Source of the DNA: Halalkalibacterium halodurans
Lineage (GTDB): Bacteria > Bacillota > Bacilli > Bacillales > Bacillaceae_D
DNA length: 11,500 nt
Assembly: GCF_004376175.1 (NCBI RefSeq)
Contig: NZ_SNUY01000051.1
Location: forward strand, 1-11,500
Direction: 5' to 3'
Below the pieces are notes generated by a model. The model saw nothing but the letters and a program-made list of their open reading frames with translations, did not search any database and had not been told where the DNA came from. The number at the start of each line of letters is the position of its first letter. Position 1 is the stretch's first letter. Positions 8,278-11,500 of this stretch are shown here, in pieces. The translations under genes were made by a program, and so were the position numbers.

Positions 8278-8300
8278 GAAAAACTTGGCATACCGCCAAG
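8278..8300 (-). promoter_or_regulatory. Terminator-like hairpin in the topB leader (minus strand)
   Basis: On the minus strand this reads CTTGGC-GGTAT-GCCAAG followed by TTTTTC. It ends about 27 nt upstream of the topB ATG. The 6-bp stem is only moderately stable. Confidence 0.35.
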
Positions 8301-8375
8301 TCCTATAGCGAAAATCATTGTTTTGCTTATCTTTTATTCCTGAAATCGAAGTTAAGCACTCTATAGTGGAAAGAA

Positions 8376-8412
8376 ACTCGGCAATAGCCAAGGCTTTAAG
8401 TGTCAGCCGAGT
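8376..8412 (-). terminator. Candidate terminator or structured element downstream of the saccharopine-dehydrogenase-like gene
   Basis: ACTCGGC (8376-8382) pairs with GCCGAGT (8406-8412) across a 23-nt loop. On the minus strand it is followed by TTCTTTCC. It lies about 80 nt after the stop at 8494. The long loop and poor U-tract make it weak. Confidence 0.35.
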
Positions 8413-8493
8413 CTTAGTTCATTTATATAACTTCTAAACATTTTGTCTACTGCAAAAACGTTATCATTTCTTAATGTGGAACATACATTCCTA

Positions 8494-9624
8494 TTATGAA
8501 TGATTCTGCGAACAGATGCTAGTCTCATTTTGCACAAATTGCTTAGGTGTAGGTAGTGGATAGGAAAATTCCGTTCCTTTTAACGTTAATGAGATATGCT
8601 GATCGATAAATACTAGCTCAAAAAGTTCCTCAATATGAAACACCCCTTTCGGACAAGGGTGTTCGTAAAGAGCAAAAGCTACGGCTGATGCTACATGGGC
8701 TGTCATTAACGCTTCATTTTCCCCTGTGAACAGCGAGTAAACTTCCTCCTTCTCGTCCTTTCGTACACCTTTTACCTCGACCCTTACTCCATACTGTTCA
8801 GAGCCATAGGGAAAGGCGTTAAGCAAGGTGGTTAATACCTTCCGAACGGCTGGCAACGATAATAGCTTCGTAATGTGTAGTCGTCGCATCGTTGCCACGA
8901 CAGCTGTCACCAGCCGCGAATCAAAACATAACCGTGTTGAAACGGTCGGCAGATGTAATGTTCTTGCAAGAGTTTGCTGATCGGAGAATGGGAATCGATA
9001 GACCGAATGATTGCCGATCGCCTTACCGAACGAAACCTGTTTACGGTCTGTAAAGCTTTTAACTTGTCGCCAGTCGTTTTGGACCCTCACGTCAAATGAT
9101 TGATTAATCTGTTGAAACGTCCATTCCATCGCACCCTCTCCATGCTCATCACCAAGACCGAGTAATATGGAGATGTCCACTTGATGCACCTGTTCAAACA
9201 TACGAACCGCTTGCTCCACCAATAAGTTAGTTATCCCAGGTGCGAGCCCGACACTAATAACACCTGTATGCTTCACAGCGCCTCGATTTAACCCTCCTAG
9301 CTCTTTCAAGAACTTTCCATTAGCCGTAATGTCCAAATAATCAATTCCGTTTTTGGCACACAATCTAGCAAACTCTGTATGGTCTTGATCGATGCAAACG
9401 ATCACTAATTTTGGTTGGTTCAGCGCTTCAAATGCTTTCTTCGGCTGATGGATGTCCACTTGGAGCGGCTGTACCTCCCCATCTGTCTCTAGTGAAAAAC
9501 GATTCGCCTTTTCAAAATTTCTCCCCGCAGCATACACCCGGCCTGCATATCGCCTTGCGAGTAGGCGACAAATTGCGCGACCCACTTGACCATATCCCCC
9601 AATGACTACGATGTCCTCTCTCAT
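8494..9624 (-). CDS. Saccharopine dehydrogenase-like NAD(P)-binding oxidoreductase
   Basis: 376 aa. The N-terminal Rossmann motif IVVIGGYGQVGRAI is followed by the layout typical of Sacchrp_dh_NADP family proteins. The ATG follows TAAGGAGGAAAATCA. The substrate is unknown. Confidence 0.75.
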   Translation of the reverse strand: MREDIVVIGGYGQVGRAICRLLARRYAGRVYAAGRNFEKANRFSLETDGEVQPLQVDIHQPKKAFEALNQPKLVIVCIDQDHTEFARLCAKNGIDYLDITANGKFLKELGGLNRGAVKHTGVISVGLAPGITNLLVEQAVRMFEQVHQVDISILLGLGDEHGEGAMEWTFQQINQSFDVRVQNDWRQVKSFTDRKQVSFGKAIGNHSVYRFPFSDQQTLARTLHLPTVSTRLCFDSRLVTAVVATMRRLHITKLLSLPAVRKVLTTLLNAFPYGSEQYGVRVEVKGVRKDEKEEVYSLFTGENEALMTAHVASAVAFALYEHPCPKGVFHIEELFELVFIDQHISLTLKGTEFSYPLPTPKQFVQNETSICSQNHS

Positions 9625-9652
9625 TGATTTTCCTCCTTACACTTTTATAGAC

Positions 9653-9668
9653 TCTCGGCATTCGCCGA
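9653..9668. promoter_or_regulatory. GC-rich perfect palindrome CTCGGC-ATTC-GCCGAG in the leader or promoter region of the oxidoreductase gene
   Basis: 6-bp arms with a 4-nt loop, 29 nt upstream of the ATG at 9624. The same arm sequence recurs at 8377-8382/8406-8411, on the other side of the gene. Confidence 0.3.
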
Positions 9669-9708
9669 GCTTTGTGGTTCAAGGATTTTCCTCAAACCAA
9701 TTTATTTC

Positions 9709-9737
9709 ATCCCTCCTATTTTAGGTGGGATTTTTTA
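9709..9737 (+). terminator. Plus-strand intrinsic-terminator-like hairpin with no upstream plus-strand gene (orphan)
   Basis: ATCCCTCCT (9709-9717) pairs with AGGTGGGAT (9723-9731): 9 bp with one T:T mismatch and a 5-nt loop. It runs into TTTTTT (9731-9736). On the minus strand there is no U-tract after the hairpin. Confidence 0.5.
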
Positions 9738-9801
9738 ATGTTCATTTTTTAAAACTGGAAATTAATTATCAAAATATTTTCTCGAATTCGACAAGAAACA
9801 C

Positions 9802-9830
9802 TTGACTTTTCAAAAACACCACAATAATCG
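9802..9830 (+). promoter_or_regulatory. Possible sigma-A-type promoter for the transposase
   Basis: TTGACT (9802-9807) is followed after 15 nt by AATAAT (9823-9828), about 50 nt upstream of ATG 9879. The spacer is shorter than optimal, so this is tentative. Confidence 0.25.
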
Positions 9831-9878
9831 CCGGTGAAGGGATTATTTTCCCTTACTACTTGTGATTGAGGTGCCAAA

Positions 9879-11381
9879 ATGAAACCAACGTTTATTGCAC
9901 ACGAAACTTATCAAAACTTCGTTCTAAATCAGTTAAATGCCCATTATTCTGGCGGCATTCTTACCCTTGTTAATAAGGATTGGCCAGTAATTAAAAAGCT
10001 TTGGATAACTGATCTCTCTTCGGTAACTACATGGCTTGGTGATTCCTATTCCAAAAAGGGACCAAAGCCTCGTGACCCTGCTTCTATGATGCGTTCTTAT
10101 CTGCTTTCATTATTTGTTCAACCTACAAAAGGTATTACTCATTGGGTTGATCAACTTCGTCGCGTTCCGTTGTATGCAATTCTTAGCGGTTTTGAACCCG
10201 GTGACACACCAGGTGTTGGAACATTTGAAGACTTTTTCAAACGTTTATGGGCCTTCGAAAGCCCGAATGTTATGCCGAAGGTCAAACCTAAAAAGAAAAA
10301 GTCAAAAAAGAAAAAGAAGCCTAAAAAGGGTGAAAAAGCTGAACCTAAGAATCCCGGAATTGTTCGTAAACTCGTTGATCGGGCAATGCGTTATGGTTCC
10401 AAACAAAAACAACTGCCAGGAGACCGATTATTTGAGTTTTTTCAATCCCAATTTTTAGCGGTTTCTACGAAACTTGGTCTTCTTGGGGATCCCGAAGCTC
10501 TAGGTGTAGTTGGAGATGGGACACCAATTGAAACAGCTAGGTACCCGAGAAGTAAATCAACCTGTAATTGTAGTGCCCAAGGACTAACGAACTGTACTCA
10601 CCCACGCCAGTATTCACAACCCGACATCGACTCAGGCTGGGATAGTTCTAAGGAAAAGTACTTCAACGGATATCATCTCTACATGATATCCACTAGCGAT
10701 AGCCAATACGACTTACCGCTATATCCACGGCTGCATCCTGCTTCCCGGCATGATTCAGTCAGCCTAGTGGTTAGTTCAATTGAATTTTCGCAACGGTACA
10801 CCTTGGGCACGATTGATAAAATTCTTCTTGATGCAGCGCACGATGCTGAGGCCATTTATGAGCTACTTGAACATCAAAATGTGGAACCCTTCATCGATTT
10901 AAATGTTCGAACAAAGAAGAACTTTAGTACAGAAAGTGATATTCAAATATCTCCAACAGGTGTTCCAATCTGTCCGATTGGGAAGGAGATGAAGCCCAAC
11001 GGGTTTGACAAATCTCAAAATCGGCAAAAATGGCGTTGTCCACTTGCTTGCGGTACCAAAAATACATGCTCATCACCGTGTTCAAAAGCAAAATATGGTC
11101 GGACATTCCATACATTCAGAGAGGATAATCTACGATTATTTACCAAAACACCAAGGTCCTCTGAAAAGTGGAAACTTATATACAAACGAAGAACCTCTGT
11201 TGAACGTTCTAATAAAAGAGAAAAAATAGATTATCACTTGGAATCTGGACGCCACCGGTCAACAAAAATGTGGTACATTCGCCTATACGCCATAATGATG
11301 TGTCAGCACATCGATGCTTGGTACAGCAGTCAGAAAGAGCAGTTAAATATTGAAGAAATCATCTTTCCTAAAGCCGCCTAG
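9879..11381 (+). CDS. DDE transposase, IS4/IS5 superfamily, most similar in architecture to the IS1182 family
   Basis: 500 aa. The N-terminal InsH/DUF772-like segment is PRDPASMMRSYLLSLF…GTFEDFFKRLW. The catalytic triad candidates are D in VVGDGTPIE, D in LLDAAHDAEAIYELL, and E in the exact Y-x2-R-x3-E-x6-K signature YKRRTSVERSNKREK. A Cys-rich insert (CPIGK…RCPLACGTKNTCSSPCSKAKYG) lies between the second D and E, as in IS1182-type enzymes. The GAGGTG SD ends 6 nt before the ATG. Confidence 0.85.
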   Translation: MKPTFIAHETYQNFVLNQLNAHYSGGILTLVNKDWPVIKKLWITDLSSVTTWLGDSYSKKGPKPRDPASMMRSYLLSLFVQPTKGITHWVDQLRRVPLYAILSGFEPGDTPGVGTFEDFFKRLWAFESPNVMPKVKPKKKKSKKKKKPKKGEKAEPKNPGIVRKLVDRAMRYGSKQKQLPGDRLFEFFQSQFLAVSTKLGLLGDPEALGVVGDGTPIETARYPRSKSTCNCSAQGLTNCTHPRQYSQPDIDSGWDSSKEKYFNGYHLYMISTSDSQYDLPLYPRLHPASRHDSVSLVVSSIEFSQRYTLGTIDKILLDAAHDAEAIYELLEHQNVEPFIDLNVRTKKNFSTESDIQISPTGVPICPIGKEMKPNGFDKSQNRQKWRCPLACGTKNTCSSPCSKAKYGRTFHTFREDNLRLFTKTPRSSEKWKLIYKRRTSVERSNKREKIDYHLESGRHRSTKMWYIRLYAIMMCQHIDAWYSSQKEQLNIEEIIFPKAA

Positions 11382-11500
11382 TCAATTTTTAAAAAAATAA
11401 TGGCAATAGGTTTCTTTGTCATGCACATTTTTGAAAATACAATGAAAATAATGAGTGTGCAGGCCATTCCAATCCAATTTCCAGTAATTTTGGTTCATTT

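Larger units (their letters stand above)
9748..11492 (+). mobile_element. Candidate insertion sequence carrying the 9879-11381 transposase; ends not firmly resolved
   Basis: A 10-bp perfect inverted core: ACTGGAAATT (9754-9763) versus AATTTCCAGT (11476-11485). Each copy is flanked 6-7 nt further out by the direct 8-mer GTTCATTT (9740-9747 and 11493-11500), which could be a target-site duplication. The outermost 6-7 nt do not match each other, and the window ends at 11500, so the true right end may lie outside it. Confidence 0.3.

Noticed and set aside
754-8299. Longer N-termini given by the track (754, 1903, 2088, 4286, 4825, 8299)
   Set aside because: In each case a downstream start has a properly spaced SD, gives a family-typical N-terminus, or both. 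The extensions overlap the upstream gene or the SD itself.
9411-9605. ORF 9411-9605 (+), antisense to the oxidoreductase gene
   Set aside because: A shadow ORF with no SD.
10114-11229. ORFs 10114-10458 (+), 10924-11115 (-) and 11005-11229 (+) inside the transposase gene
   Set aside because: They are out-of-frame or antisense to an intact DDE transposase. The 10114 ORF is in the +1 frame, not the -1 frame reachable from the slippery site, so it is not a frameshift partner.
11382-11498. Minus-strand ORF MNQNYWKLDWNGLHTHYFHCIFKNVHDKETYCHYFFKN at the right edge
   Set aside because: It lies in an AT-rich spacer and overlaps the putative IS right end. The W/H/Y/F/C-rich composition looks non-biological, and the upstream context is outside the window. 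It could be the tail of a longer gene, but that cannot be supported from here.
1-11500. Composite transposon formed by the two flanking transposase genes
   Set aside because: The two proteins are unrelated (zinc-ribbon type versus IS1182/IS5-like DDE). The cargo includes core genes such as topB, and no matching terminal repeats were seen.

Overview
The window looks like a low-GC Firmicute (Bacillaceae-like) chromosomal segment. This is judged only from AAGGAGG-type ribosome-binding sites, GTG/TTG starts and gene content; no species call is possible. Features from left to right: (1) The 5' part of a minus-strand double zinc-ribbon protein, probably a transposase. It runs off the left edge and is missing from the supplied ORF track. 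(2) A GT4-type glycosyltransferase. (3) A bicistronic pair of very small paralogous Arg/Cys-rich heptad-repeat proteins, closed by a strong intrinsic terminator. (4) A tightly packed three-gene operon: an SLC13/DASS-type permease with two TrkA-C domains, APS kinase (cysC) and sulfate adenylyltransferase (sat). (5) Convergent DNA topoisomerase III (topB), sharing a terminator hairpin with sat. (6) A saccharopine-dehydrogenase-like NAD(P) oxidoreductase. (7) An intact IS1182/IS5-like DDE transposase whose element ends are only tentatively placed. I saw no rRNA, tRNA, CRISPR array or recognisable riboswitch. Most of the window is ordinary housekeeping or IS content. The one item that looks uncharacterised is the tandem mini-protein pair at 1960-2315, whose two members share an identical cysteine register. 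All functional calls come from reading the translations for motifs. No database search was possible, so family names are recognition-based.
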